DNA from: a virus
Strand: one strand, 5' to 3'
DNA length: 47,077 nt
Virus record (IMG/VR): IMGVR_UViG_3300048080_000070
Coordinates: 1 to 47,077 of that record
In this document: positions 34,232 through 42,543 of the stretch, piece after piece
Layout: each line of letters opens with the position of its first letter
How positions within the stretch are numbered: the stretch's first letter is position 1
The notes under the pieces: generated by a model
What the model saw: the letters and a program-made list of their open reading frames with translations, nothing else
What the model was told of the DNA's origin: nothing
Databases searched by the model: none
Position numbers and translations under genes: made by a program

Positions 34232-35017
34232 TTACTCAACTGTTTTCGCATCGAATTTCACTCCGTCGCCGTCACAGACCGGGACTATTTCAAGTGGCTG
34301 CGTCAGACCATAAGCACGTGATTTTGTGGGCCATAGGAAGGTATTGCGATAACGGCCGTGCGCTGGTGGACGCCCACGAATGGCGCTATGGACGATCACG
34401 CCGTCAAGCTCGCCCTTCCAAGCCTTTGCGCCCCTGATGTCCCGGTATTCGTTGCCGCGGCGGTCATGGGTGACTTTGGCGTGTTTCAGGACGAGGACGG
34501 TGCAGTCCTCGCGGCCAGCGGCTTGGCGCATGGCCCGGAGGGTCTTGATGGCGGCGCTAGCCTGGGCGTTGTCGTTCTCATCGGCCACGCGCAGGGCTGC
34601 GTTGGCCGTGTCGATGATGACGAGGGCAGGGCGGACCTCGGCGGCGGCCCGGATTAGATCGTTGGCGTAATTCACCCCGAGCGCGAAATGGCATAGAAAT
34701 AGGTTGGCGTCAAGGAGTTCGATGGATGGCGAGCCCAACCCCCTCCAGACGCGCCGGTGGTAGGCGTCCGAGTCTTGGCGGCTGTTCTCCTCGTCAAAGT
34801 AGAGCACGCGGTCGGCGGTCAGTTTTCGCCCGAGAAATTCCCCGCCCGACGCCAGCGCCAAGGCTAAACTATACGAAAGCATAGACTTGCCTACGCCAGC
34901 GTCCCCGGCCAAGACGATCATCGACCCCTTGCAGAGAATTCCTGGCACAAGCCAATTTGCCCCCGCCTGCTCTCCGGTGAGGACATCACTCGATTTCAAG
35001 CGGTTTTCGATGGTCAT
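34232..35017 (-). CDS. RecA-fold P-loop ATPase (RepA / DnaB-C-terminal / AAA_25-like), replicative helicase or loader candidate
   Basis: Walker A is GDAGVGKS and Walker B is ALVIIDT. Confidence 0.6.
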   Translation of the reverse strand: MTIENRLKSSDVLTGEQAGANWLVPGILCKGSMIVLAGDAGVGKSMLSYSLALALASGGEFLGRKLTADRVLYFDEENSRQDSDAYHRRVWRGLGSPSIELLDANLFLCHFALGVNYANDLIRAAAEVRPALVIIDTANAALRVADENDNAQASAAIKTLRAMRQAAGREDCTVLVLKHAKVTHDRRGNEYRDIRGAKAWKGELDGVIVHSAIRGRPPAHGRYRNTFLWPTKSRAYGLTQPLEIVPVCDGDGVKFDAKTVE

Positions 35018-35168
35018 TGGCCTCTTGTGGTATTGGAGGCCCCCGAGGCCGCACGAGTCGCCTTGGAGGCAGGCTCTGCGAGAGGATGCTTCCGAACGGT
35101 CGTTTCGACCTCGGGGGCTACAGGATGACGACTAGACACCGTTGCGGCTCCTCTCGCAGCACGCCAGT

Positions 35169-35197
35169 AGTATACGCCAAGACGGGAAGTTGTGCAA
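35169..35197 (-). promoter_or_regulatory. Sigma70-like promoter for the leftward ATPase-RusA unit (TTGCAC-N17-TATACT)
   Basis: Read on the minus strand: -35 at 35197-35192 and -10 at 35174-35169. Confidence 0.5.
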
Positions 35198-35250
35198 GGT
35201 GCGCGGAATCACAGAGTTGCGCAGCCCTCAAAATAACCCGCAGAAAGTTC

Positions 35251-35279
35251 TTGACATCGGGCGGCGGGGATCGTAGATT
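35251..35279 (+). promoter_or_regulatory. Sigma70-like rightward promoter (TTGACA-N17-TAGATT)
   Basis: Read directly from the sequence. It shares TCTTGACATCGG with the promoter at 39940. Confidence 0.5.
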
Positions 35280-35301
35280 CGCGGACGTGGAGGTGGCCGA
35301 C

Positions 35302-35493
35302 ATGGATACTAGTGAGCGACCAGATGGCATCACCGAGGAGCACCTGCTTTACCTCGATGGCCTGCGGGAGAGTGGCATCACGAACATGTACGGTGCCACC
35401 CCATACGTCATGGAGGAATTTGACATCAGCAAGGCCGAGGCTAGCAAGATTCATCTATATTGGATGAAGTCCTTCGGCAACCCCAAGAGGTGA
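35302..35493 (+). CDS. Hypothetical 63-aa protein
   Basis: Internal ATG of ORF 35017..35493 with GGAGGTGG upstream. MDTSERPDGITEEHLLYLDGLRESGITNMYGA... Confidence 0.5.
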   Translation: MDTSERPDGITEEHLLYLDGLRESGITNMYGATPYVMEEFDISKAEASKIHLYWMKSFGNPKR

Positions 35494-35497
35494 CAGC

Positions 35498-35596
35498 ATG
35501 GACGAACATTACCGGCGACAGGTTGTGCGCGAGGTGGTCGTGTTCGTGCTGGCGATTGCCGCCGGCCTGTTCCTGGCGGTCTGGTGGGTGTCGTGA
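35498..35596 (+). CDS. 32-aa single-TM peptide
   Basis: MDEHYRRQVVREVVVFVLAIAAGLFLAVWWVS. Below the ORF-track cutoff. Confidence 0.35.
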   Translation: MDEHYRRQVVREVVVFVLAIAAGLFLAVWWVS

Positions 35597-35766
35597 GTCT
35601 GCATTGGCGTTGTGGTGACTCGCCCCCGCCCTCGTACTATGACCCGCCCGATGAGCGCCACTGTCAAGACTGCGCGGGGTGTGACGAGGACGTGTGCGAC
35701 GGCCCGCACCGGCTCTGCAAGTACCACGGGCGGCAGGAGGAGTTGTCGCGTGAGGATGGCGTGTAA
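35593..35766 (+). CDS. 57-aa Cys-rich protein
   Basis: GTGA-coupled start. Contains CQDCAGCDEDVCDGPHRLC. Confidence 0.4.
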   Translation: MSLHWRCGDSPPPSYYDPPDERHCQDCAGCDEDVCDGPHRLCKYHGRQEELSREDGV

Positions 35767-36367
35767 TGGGGTGGTGCGTCCAGGGCGGGCGTCTGATGGA
35801 GATGGGCACCATCAGAGACATGCGTGGCAGAGGTGCCGTGCAAAAGCCGCAAGGCCAATACCAAACGAGCCGCCGGTGACGACTCCGGCATGACGCGAGA
35901 TGGCGATGCCTACCCCAGCCCGCCAGCATCAGACTTGGGCGCGCCGGAGCGCCTTTGAGGTCCGTGCGCTTGAGGCAGGACCAATCCCCCGAGCGGTCCT
36001 CTCTTTCTCCAGGATCGCGCACGGGCCATCCGGAGGACATCAAGCCGGGCCAAGCGATGCAGCGGCGCAAGCAGATCGGGCGGCCTGGCTCAGACATCCG
36101 GAAGCAGGGGACCGGGCGGCAGAGGGCTCTGTCGCAGGTCACATTCCCTCCCGCGTACTCTCCCCGGTCGGGGGCGCGGGCCGGTGGCCTGATGGGAGAT
36201 GCGTTGGTGGCCGTGCAACATTGTCCTGTTAAGACAATGCCCGCCCACGAGGCGGAGACATCAACGCAAGCCGCGCGTCCGCAACCGACAGCGTTGCGTG
36301 CGTCCTAGAGTGCGTGACCCCGTGCCTCTGCGGCGAAAGACGGGGTGTGGTGGCCTGATGGGAGGTG

Positions 36368-36682
36368 ATGCGGATGATATTGAAGGAACTCATCGAGCGG
36401 TTGACGAAGGAGCCTCCTGAGAAGCGGCTACGAGTCGGCTTTTCTAACCCGCACTCGTACAGGGGAATCTACGCCGACGTTGCCTTCGAGCCGACTGGCG
36501 GAGTGACCGTCGCCGGCATGCTTCAACAGGCACGGGCCGCTGTCGGCACCGTCTATCGAGGATGGAAGGGCGGCGACTTTCCGATGAACGAATACACCGA
36601 TGTTCACCTTGCAGAGGTAGGGTGTTGCGGAGAGGAACTCGGGGTGCGGCTTCTTGACTACATGCTCAAGGATACGATGTGA
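36368..36682 (+). CDS. Hypothetical protein
   Basis: GGGAGG upstream. MRMILKELIERLTKEPPEKRLRVGFSNPHSYRG... Confidence 0.6.
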   Translation: MRMILKELIERLTKEPPEKRLRVGFSNPHSYRGIYADVAFEPTGGVTVAGMLQQARAAVGTVYRGWKGGDFPMNEYTDVHLAEVGCCGEELGVRLLDYMLKDTM

Positions 36683-36953
36683 GCGGGGGCCGGTGACGGG
36701 GTGAGATGTGCTGGCGGCGGCGCGGCGCTACAAAGGCCGAGATACCCAATCCGCGAATTTGGACGGCCCGCCAGCATCAACGATGTGCCGACAGCGGCGA
36801 TACGACGCCGGGGTAAGAGGTCGCGTGGCGCAGCGTAGGGGCGCAGCAGACCAAGGCCGGGTCAGTACGGCTGAAGACGACGCGACCAGCCAGTTGATCG
36901 GGTGCCGGGTGTGGAATCCGGCCTGTCGGCATCAGACTTGAGGAGGGAGGGCC

Positions 36954-37106
36954 ATGCCGGATCTAACCACGCCCATCTGCCCGGACTGCGCGAGCACGGA
37001 CAGGAAGGTGCGCGGCGTCATCAAGACCGACTCTCGCTATGGCTACGAGTGCGACTCCGAATGGCACGACGCGCCGAACCGGAAGGAGGATGAGGGCGAT
37101 GCCTGA
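36954..37106 (+). CDS. 50-aa Zn-ribbon-like protein
   Basis: GGAGGGAGG lies 3 nt upstream. MPDLTTPICPDCAST...YECDSEWH. Below the ORF-track cutoff. Confidence 0.5.
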   Translation: MPDLTTPICPDCASTDRKVRGVIKTDSRYGYECDSEWHDAPNRKEDEGDA

Positions 37107-37347
37107 CGACCTGACCGCCCGCCCGACCGCCGAGATCGTCAAGGCGCTGCACGCAACATGCCGTGTGTATGGCTGTCGCAGACGCAGCGATGGAACGCAT
37201 GGAACGTACAGTCGGTGTAGACGCTCTCTCCACGTCCTCACCGACGAGTTGGGGAGGAGGGCGAATCCGTACAGAGGCCGGTCGCTCGATAGCGTGGTCG
37301 CTGAGAAGTACCCCGATGGCATACCGGAGGTGCCCGATGCCGAATGA
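37099..37347 (+). CDS. Hypothetical 82-aa protein
   Basis: Internal ATG of ORF 37039..37347, overlapping the upstream stop. Confidence 0.5.
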   Translation: MPDDLTARPTAEIVKALHATCRVYGCRRRSDGTHGTYSRCRRSLHVLTDELGRRANPYRGRSLDSVVAEKYPDGIPEVPDAE

Positions 37348-37636
37348 AGCGAAGGCGGCGGTGGAGAAGGCGACGAAGGAGGCGCACGTTCCGCATCTCA
37401 TTGTGGATGGCGACTGTTGGTTCTCTTGCCCCCTGAGCGGCGAGTGCTGCAACGACGAGGAGCCCGAGCGGTGCAACTGCGGCGCTGACGAACGCAACGC
37501 CGCAATCCAGAGCGCCCTCGCGGCGGTGCGGTGGGAGGCGCTGCAACAGGCGGGCGATGTAGTTGCAGACTCCGACACCCTCTGGAAGATGATCGACGCC
37601 GCCCGCCGGGCCCACGAGGAGGGAAGCCGTGCCTGA
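37337..37636 (+). CDS. Cys-rich hypothetical protein
   Basis: Internal ATG of ORF 37163..37636. Contains CWFSCPLSGECC...CNCG. Confidence 0.5.
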   Translation: MPNEAKAAVEKATKEAHVPHLIVDGDCWFSCPLSGECCNDEEPERCNCGADERNAAIQSALAAVRWEALQQAGDVVADSDTLWKMIDAARRAHEEGSRA

Positions 37637-37868
37637 GATGTGGACCTGGGCCGCCTCGCCATCCCCCGACGTGGCGATGTACGTCCTGTTCGTGGCGCTT
37701 TTCGCCGGGCCGGCGCAGCCGGGAGAGTGGGTTCGCAAGGCCGACACGCCGACGCTATCGCTGGCCTATCGACTGCCGGTGCCGCCGGTCGGGAGCGTGA
37801 CGCTGCTCACCGTCGAGGCGCAGGATTGGGCGGGGAATGTCAGTTGGCTCGGAGGTTCCGATGAGTGA
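37629..37868 (+). CDS. Hypothetical protein
   Basis: 79-aa ORF. The start is uncertain (GTG 37629 or ATG 37638). Confidence 0.45.
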   Translation: MPEMWTWAASPSPDVAMYVLFVALFAGPAQPGEWVRKADTPTLSLAYRLPVPPVGSVTLLTVEAQDWAGNVSWLGGSDE

Positions 37869-38244
37869 CCCGACGCGGGAGGAGGTCGAGAGGTTACACG
37901 CCAGCATCCGCGATAGGGCCTTCCAAGTCCCGCAAACGCACGGCGTACACCCACGAATGGTCCTGCGTGAGGCCATCGTGAACGCATCGTTGCAGCAACG
38001 CGACCTCGCCCTCTCGCTGCTCAAGGAGCGGGACGACTTGCAAGGGCGCGCCAACATTTACGCTGACAACGAGCGCGCATGGAAGGAGCGGGCCAAGAAG
38101 GCGGAGGATGGGGCGCTGGATCGTGTCATCGAACACATCGACACGCTAATCCCGAGTGGGCCAGTTGTACGCGCCACGCTCGACGCGCTGGTAATCGACA
38201 TTCGCGCCCTGAAGTCCGGCGGCGGGGGGGGGCGTGACATCTAA
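37861..38244 (+). CDS. Hypothetical coiled-coil protein
   Basis: The ATG at 37861 overlaps the upstream stop. 127 aa. Confidence 0.55.
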   Translation: MSDPTREEVERLHASIRDRAFQVPQTHGVHPRMVLREAIVNASLQQRDLALSLLKERDDLQGRANIYADNERAWKERAKKAEDGALDRVIEHIDTLIPSGPVVRATLDALVIDIRALKSGGGGGRDI

Positions 38245-38260
38245 CAAGAGGAGGAACGCC

Positions 38261-38437
38261 ATGAAGCGGCAGACGTTTGACGAGGTTCTACAATGGTTCA
38301 CGGGCTGGTCACGCGGACTGCCGCTTGAGCAGCATCCGAGCGAGAAGGTCTGGATGAAGCGGATCAACGATCTGCGCGCGGCCCACAAGCGGGAGGTCTT
38401 GGCGCGGGTGCGGCGGGAACATCTGAGGACGGCGTGA
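38261..38437 (+). CDS. Hypothetical 58-aa protein
   Basis: AGGAGGA upstream of the ATG at 38261. Confidence 0.5.
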   Translation: MKRQTFDEVLQWFTGWSRGLPLEQHPSEKVWMKRINDLRAAHKREVLARVRREHLRTA

Positions 38438-39009
38438 GCGACAAGCCGATGACGTTCGAGGAGGCGCTTGCCAAGTTCCAAGAATACTGTACCGGCGTAC
38501 GTCTTGATTGGAGCGACTTCGACGGCCGCGATCTGCTGAACTCCTGGGACTGCGCCAGACAAGAGATCGCCGAGGCCCACGCCCGCGAGGTCGCCGCCGC
38601 CTTCGAGCGCGGCCGGAGGGAGCAGGCGGAGAGGGATGCGGACACGATGGATGGGGTGTACGGGCCATCGTCAGAGGGACGGGGGCTCAGCGATATGGCA
38701 CGGGATGCCATCCTCACCCCCTTCCGGCCCACACCGCTGATCTGCGACAAGTGCGGGAGTCTTGCCCGTAGCACACGGCGGTTTATGCCACCCGATTACG
38801 CAGGTGGTGACATTGCTGCCTGTATCAGTTCGTGGCACGACGAGCCCGACCCCGAGCGCGCCGTGACGGAGGCGGATGAATCTCTGTGGAGGGGCCGCCC
38901 CATCAGGTCGATGACACGCGAAGAGCTGGTCGCCGCGCTCAAAGAACAGGCCGAATTGTACCGGCGTGTCTTGACGGAGCACGAGGCGGACAGGAGGGAG
39001 GGACAATGA
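38434..39009 (+). CDS. Hypothetical protein
   Basis: GTGA-coupled. 191 aa. Confidence 0.55.
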   Translation: MSDKPMTFEEALAKFQEYCTGVRLDWSDFDGRDLLNSWDCARQEIAEAHAREVAAAFERGRREQAERDADTMDGVYGPSSEGRGLSDMARDAILTPFRPTPLICDKCGSLARSTRRFMPPDYAGGDIAACISSWHDEPDPERAVTEADESLWRGRPIRSMTREELVAALKEQAELYRRVLTEHEADRREGQ

Positions 39010-39046
39010 CCCCCGACGACTCCGGCGCGGTGGATCGGGGTGATGC

Positions 39047-39316
39047 GTGACCGCTTGCGTCCATCCAGACTTCGCTGCAACCGTGGACGTTATTCGTCTG
39101 GAGGATTCAGGTCGTTTCGCGGCGGACGTGCGGATCGTCTGCTCGGCCTGCCAACAGCCCTTCCAGTTCCTCGGGCTCGAAGCAGGCTGCGACCTGAACG
39201 GGGCGCGGGTGTCAATGGACGGGCTCGAAGCCCGGCTCGCCATCTGTCCCCAAGGTGAGCAACCGTCGCCGCTCAACGACATGGCACTCGGCTTCAGCGT
39301 GCGAAAGGTGATGTGA
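39047..39316 (+). CDS. Hypothetical protein
   Basis: GTG start. 89 aa with protein-like composition (VDVIRLEDSGRFAADVRIVCSACQQPFQFLG). Confidence 0.5.
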   Translation: MTACVHPDFAATVDVIRLEDSGRFAADVRIVCSACQQPFQFLGLEAGCDLNGARVSMDGLEARLAICPQGEQPSPLNDMALGFSVRKVM

Positions 39317-39630
39317 TGACCCGCGCCGACTTCGTAACGGCCATGAAGGAGGCGGAGGGGGCGTGTCGCTGTGCGGCCCTTCCGCTCGCACAAGGTCCGC
39401 ACTCTTGCCGGACCTGTGCGTACTGCCGCCCTCTCCACGCCGCGCACCGGAGACTCGCGGAGGCGTTTCAGGATGCGGTGTGCTGCCATGAGTGTACGGA
39501 TCACCATGAGCGGATGCAGCAAGTAATCCACGCCACATGCCGCGCCGACTTCGCCAAGACGTGCTTCGGGCCAGAAGAACCCGAGACCACATTCGGCGGC
39601 GAGTACCCGATGGATCGAGGAGACGCATGA
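39316..39630 (+). CDS. Cys/His-rich hypothetical protein
   Basis: The ATG overlaps the upstream TGA. Contains CRC...CRTCAYC...CCHEC. Confidence 0.5.
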   Translation: MTRADFVTAMKEAEGACRCAALPLAQGPHSCRTCAYCRPLHAAHRRLAEAFQDAVCCHECTDHHERMQQVIHATCRADFAKTCFGPEEPETTFGGEYPMDRGDA

Positions 39631-39731
39631 CCGTCTGTCCGGCCTGTGGCTGCACGATCACCTTGGAGATTCACTGCAAGGTGTTTTGCGGGTGCTGCGG
39701 GGCGCTGATAGTGAATTGCGCGGGAGACTGA
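39627..39731 (+). CDS. 34-aa Cys-rich peptide
   Basis: ATGA-coupled. MTVCPACGCTITLEIHCKVFCGCCGALIVNCAGD. Confidence 0.4.
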   Translation: MTVCPACGCTITLEIHCKVFCGCCGALIVNCAGD

Positions 39732-39939
39732 GGAAATGTGCTGGCGGCAGGTGCAGCGCGGGTGTGAACAGGATGGGGCGATGGTACAGCCGATGATGCT
39801 GTCGAAAGGGACTGCATATCCGCCATCGCTTGACATTACGCCCCGCCCGGCCGATGCCTTGCCTGTTCGCGGGTCCGTTGCAGCGGCGGTGGCCCGCCGG
39901 TCTGTACGGAGAAATTCGGCCCGCCAGCACAGATTTCTC

Positions 39940-39968
39940 TTGACATCGGTGGTTCCATGACGTACATA
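39940..39968 (+). promoter_or_regulatory. Sigma70-like promoter (TTGACA-N17-TACATA)
   Basis: Read directly from the sequence, 17 nt upstream of the ATG at 39986. Confidence 0.5.
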
Positions 39969-39985
39969 GAGTGCGGAGGATCGAG

Positions 39986-40522
39986 ATGACCGAACCGGCA
40001 CAACTGAGTGAGACGCCACCATTCGAGTTCGGCCAAAGACTTCTTCTTGTTGAGGCACACTCGCACAAGCAAATAGAGGTTCCGTGCCCACTGTGCTTTG
40101 GCAAGTTGTTCGTGACGATCATCTTAGGAAACAACGAGCAGCAGAAGGTTGAGTGTGATGCGTGTGGAAGGGGGTATGAGGGGCCAACCGGCAGGACGCA
40201 CGAATACACTCCATATTCCGCGGTGCTTCCTGTTACTGTTACGGGGATGGTGCGCTACTACGAGGATTGGCATATTGGGGTTGGTTCTCACTCGGTTCGG
40301 CTATCGGATCGCCGGTTATTCACCAATGCCGAAGAGGCAGAGGCCCGACGTGCCGAATTGCACACGGTAGCCGAGCACAACGCCAAGATGTCATTCGAGT
40401 CCCAATTCAGGGGCAGAAAAAAGGACGCGACATGGATGGCTGCATACCACCGCAAGTGTCTGGCAGATCTACAACGACAAGTCAAATGGCACGAAGCGAA
40501 GTTGTGTAAGGAGCCAAGATGA
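39986..40522 (+). CDS. Zn-ribbon-containing hypothetical protein
   Basis: GGAGGA upstream of the ATG at 39986. Contains CPLCFG...CDACG. Confidence 0.6.
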   Translation: MTEPAQLSETPPFEFGQRLLLVEAHSHKQIEVPCPLCFGKLFVTIILGNNEQQKVECDACGRGYEGPTGRTHEYTPYSAVLPVTVTGMVRYYEDWHIGVGSHSVRLSDRRLFTNAEEAEARRAELHTVAEHNAKMSFESQFRGRKKDATWMAAYHRKCLADLQRQVKWHEAKLCKEPR

Positions 40523-41346
40523 CCGAACCGGCACCGCAGGCACAACCCGACGCAAGCCCACCTACCCCGATAGCCGCGATAACGCGGAAAGTGGCGCTGC
40601 ATGGTTCGTTTGCCACGCAGAAAACCCTCCAGATCGCCCACCTCATAGACCGCTTCGGTGCTGATTCGGTCGTCGTGATTTCCGGCGAGAAGGGCCTGGG
40701 GACCATCGAGAGCAAGATGGCCACAGTGCCAGCAGCCAACATCATTCCGGTGGCGACATTCGATGAGTTCCGGGCCGCCATCAAGACAGTCGTAGACCAC
40801 CACAACACGCCCGACAAGTGGGTCTGCATCGACGGAGCCACGCGCATCCTCAAGTGGGAGATCAACCGCTACATTACTGAGGTGGACCGCATCCACGACA
40901 TCGTTGCCCGCGGAGAGACCGTCCACAAAGACGATGTCATCTACAAGCGTTTCATCAGCAAGGAAAAGAATATCGACACGGTGAAGATTTATGGCCACTT
41001 CGGGATCATCTGCGAGCGGCTGTGGTCGATGATCGTCAACATGGGGTGCAACTTCTACGTCAACTTCCTAAGTGACGAGACGAAGAACGATGACCGCACC
41101 AAAAAGCCGCCGTTTGGACCAGATGTGCCGGGCAACATGGGTCTCAAGGCGGTCATGTCGTCATTCGATTTCACGCTGGCGCTTTACTACGATGCAGCAC
41201 ACCAACTCATCGCACGCACTCAGCCGTCTGGCATGTATTTGGCCAGGACACGGGAGGACCGGGCGGCGGGGATTGTCATACCGGAGGAGATTGTCGGGTT
41301 CGATTTGGCTGAGTTCGTTGACCTGATCAACGGAGGGCGGAAATGA
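40519..41346 (+). CDS. Sak4/AAA_24-like recombination-associated ATPase homolog with a deviant Walker A
   Basis: HGSFATQKT sits where GxxxxGKT is expected. WVCIDGATRI is Walker-B-like. Size and context fit Sak4-type proteins. Confidence 0.4.
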   Translation: MTEPAPQAQPDASPPTPIAAITRKVALHGSFATQKTLQIAHLIDRFGADSVVVISGEKGLGTIESKMATVPAANIIPVATFDEFRAAIKTVVDHHNTPDKWVCIDGATRILKWEINRYITEVDRIHDIVARGETVHKDDVIYKRFISKEKNIDTVKIYGHFGIICERLWSMIVNMGCNFYVNFLSDETKNDDRTKKPPFGPDVPGNMGLKAVMSSFDFTLALYYDAAHQLIARTQPSGMYLARTREDRAAGIVIPEEIVGFDLAEFVDLINGGRK

Positions 41347-41525
41347 TCTCTAGGGTAATAGCCAGTCTTGCGCTTCTCGCAACTGCCATCTGCCTTTCCA
41401 TCCTTGTCATGATCAATGGATGGGGCCTAACGCCGCGCTCGTGGTGGTGGATCATTGGCGCGGGGTTGTGCATCCAAGTGATCATTCACGCCCTAGTGGA
41501 TATGGTCAAGAAGGAGGGCAAATGA
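41343..41525 (+). CDS. Two-TM small membrane protein
   Basis: 60 aa, ATGA-coupled, with two hydrophobic helices. Confidence 0.55.
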   Translation: MISRVIASLALLATAICLSILVMINGWGLTPRSWWWIIGAGLCIQVIIHALVDMVKKEGK

Positions 41526-41674
41526 CCGAATCCGCACACTGCTGCTGGTGCTGGTACGACGCGCATCCGGCTAATATGGTCTGGTGCCACGGGGTAGACG
41601 AGGAGACGCTGTGTCGGGAACACATGGAGGAGGCGGGGGACATCGTGGGGGAAGCCGTGGGAGGGACTGCATGA
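41522..41674 (+). CDS. 50-aa Cys-rich protein
   Basis: ATGA-coupled. MTESAHCCWCWYDAHPANMVWCHG... Confidence 0.45.
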   Translation: MTESAHCCWCWYDAHPANMVWCHGVDEETLCREHMEEAGDIVGEAVGGTA

Positions 41675-41847
41675 ACGTTGTGGCGATAAGCGCCATCGTG
41701 TACGCCCGCTGCCTCATCATGGCGCTGGCCGCGATGGACGCCAGCATGGAGGAGCGCGGCGCAATTATTCGGCAGATACGGGAGATGCTTGAGAAGTTGG
41801 ACTCAACGCTCGAGGGTAACTTGGAGGATGGGGTGCATGTCCACTGA
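41671..41847 (+). CDS. Hypothetical 58-aa protein
   Basis: ATGA-coupled internal ATG of ORF 41584..41847. Confidence 0.45.
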   Translation: MNVVAISAIVYARCLIMALAAMDASMEERGAIIRQIREMLEKLDSTLEGNLEDGVHVH

Positions 41848-42322
41848 ACTGAACATCGATGAAGTCAACCGGATTCTGGCGGATCTTGACCGGGACGACC
41901 GCGAGGGGACGCACGTTGCGGAGGTTGCAGAAGTAAGCAAGGGCACTTGGGCACCCGAATACGGTGGCGGGGGGTACACAAGTGTTGACCTGCTACTCAC
42001 GACAGCCCGCGGGGTGAAATTTAACACGCGCTTCAATGACGACATACCAACATTAGCAGAGTACGAGGCACAGAAGGGCACCATGGGCCTTGGGAAGATG
42101 AAGGGGCTCGGCAATTCACTCCGATGTAGGATGAATCTACTCTCAATGTATCAAGTAGCCGACCCGGCCAAGCTGACCCGCGGGTTCAAGCTCGGTGTGG
42201 TCATCGTGAAGGACAAACAGGGGTTCCCGCGGCTGGCGAACGTGGTGCCTCTGGCCGATGCCGTCGCCAAGCACGCCGGCGGGGCGGTGGCGGCGCAGGG
42301 CAAGGATGACATACCGTTCTGA
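41837..42322 (+). CDS. Single-stranded DNA-binding protein-like (C-terminal DDIPF tail)
   Basis: It ends in ...AAQGKDDIPF, the canonical SSB protein-interaction tail. The N-terminal domain is not obviously a classical OB SSB. Confidence 0.5.
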   Translation: MSTELNIDEVNRILADLDRDDREGTHVAEVAEVSKGTWAPEYGGGGYTSVDLLLTTARGVKFNTRFNDDIPTLAEYEAQKGTMGLGKMKGLGNSLRCRMNLLSMYQVADPAKLTRGFKLGVVIVKDKQGFPRLANVVPLADAVAKHAGGAVAAQGKDDIPF

Positions 42323-42543
42323 TGACGAAGCCTCCGGCGGGAATTTACTGCCAGACAGAGCAGGAAAAACAAACGGCGGGAAACCCGGAGGCCGCCCGCC
42401 GCCTGCTCTTACTGGCCCCGTGTTGCGTTCCCGCAGAGCACGGTCGATGGTCAGTATAGTGGCCGTTGTTGTTGCTGTCAAGCCTGCTCTACATGGCAAC
42501 AAATTCCGGGGTGCGGGGCAGAGCCCCGCTAGAGTGAGGTGAC

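Noticed and set aside
35441-36142. 233-aa minus-strand ORF spanning the small early genes and the 600-bp spacer
   Set aside because: It is rich in Arg, Pro and His, has no SD, runs against the local transcription direction, and overlaps better-supported plus-strand genes.
36201-36267. Possible tRNA (acceptor-like stem GCGTTGG/TCAACGC, anticodon-like loop CTGTTAA reading GTT)
   Set aside because: There is no D arm of proper size, no TTCRA T-loop, and the 'anticodon' stem is 7 bp. I report it only as a structured-RNA candidate, not as a tRNA.
36709-36717. GCTGGCGG as a host Chi site
   Set aside because: It is only one mismatch from E. coli Chi, but the host is unknown and I cannot count genome-wide orientation bias by eye. 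I mention it only as a caveat.
36708-36941. ORF 36708..36941 (77 aa) and ORF 39736..39960 (74 aa) in the two early-region spacers
   Set aside because: Both have Arg-rich, unprotein-like sequence and no SD. The shared ATGTGCTGGCGGC motif is read in different frames in the two ORFs, so the conservation is at the nucleotide level.
38671-39531. 286-aa minus-strand ORF, together with 39501..40091, 39658..40209 and 40288..40998
   Set aside because: All are antisense to coupled plus-strand genes and have shadow-ORF composition.
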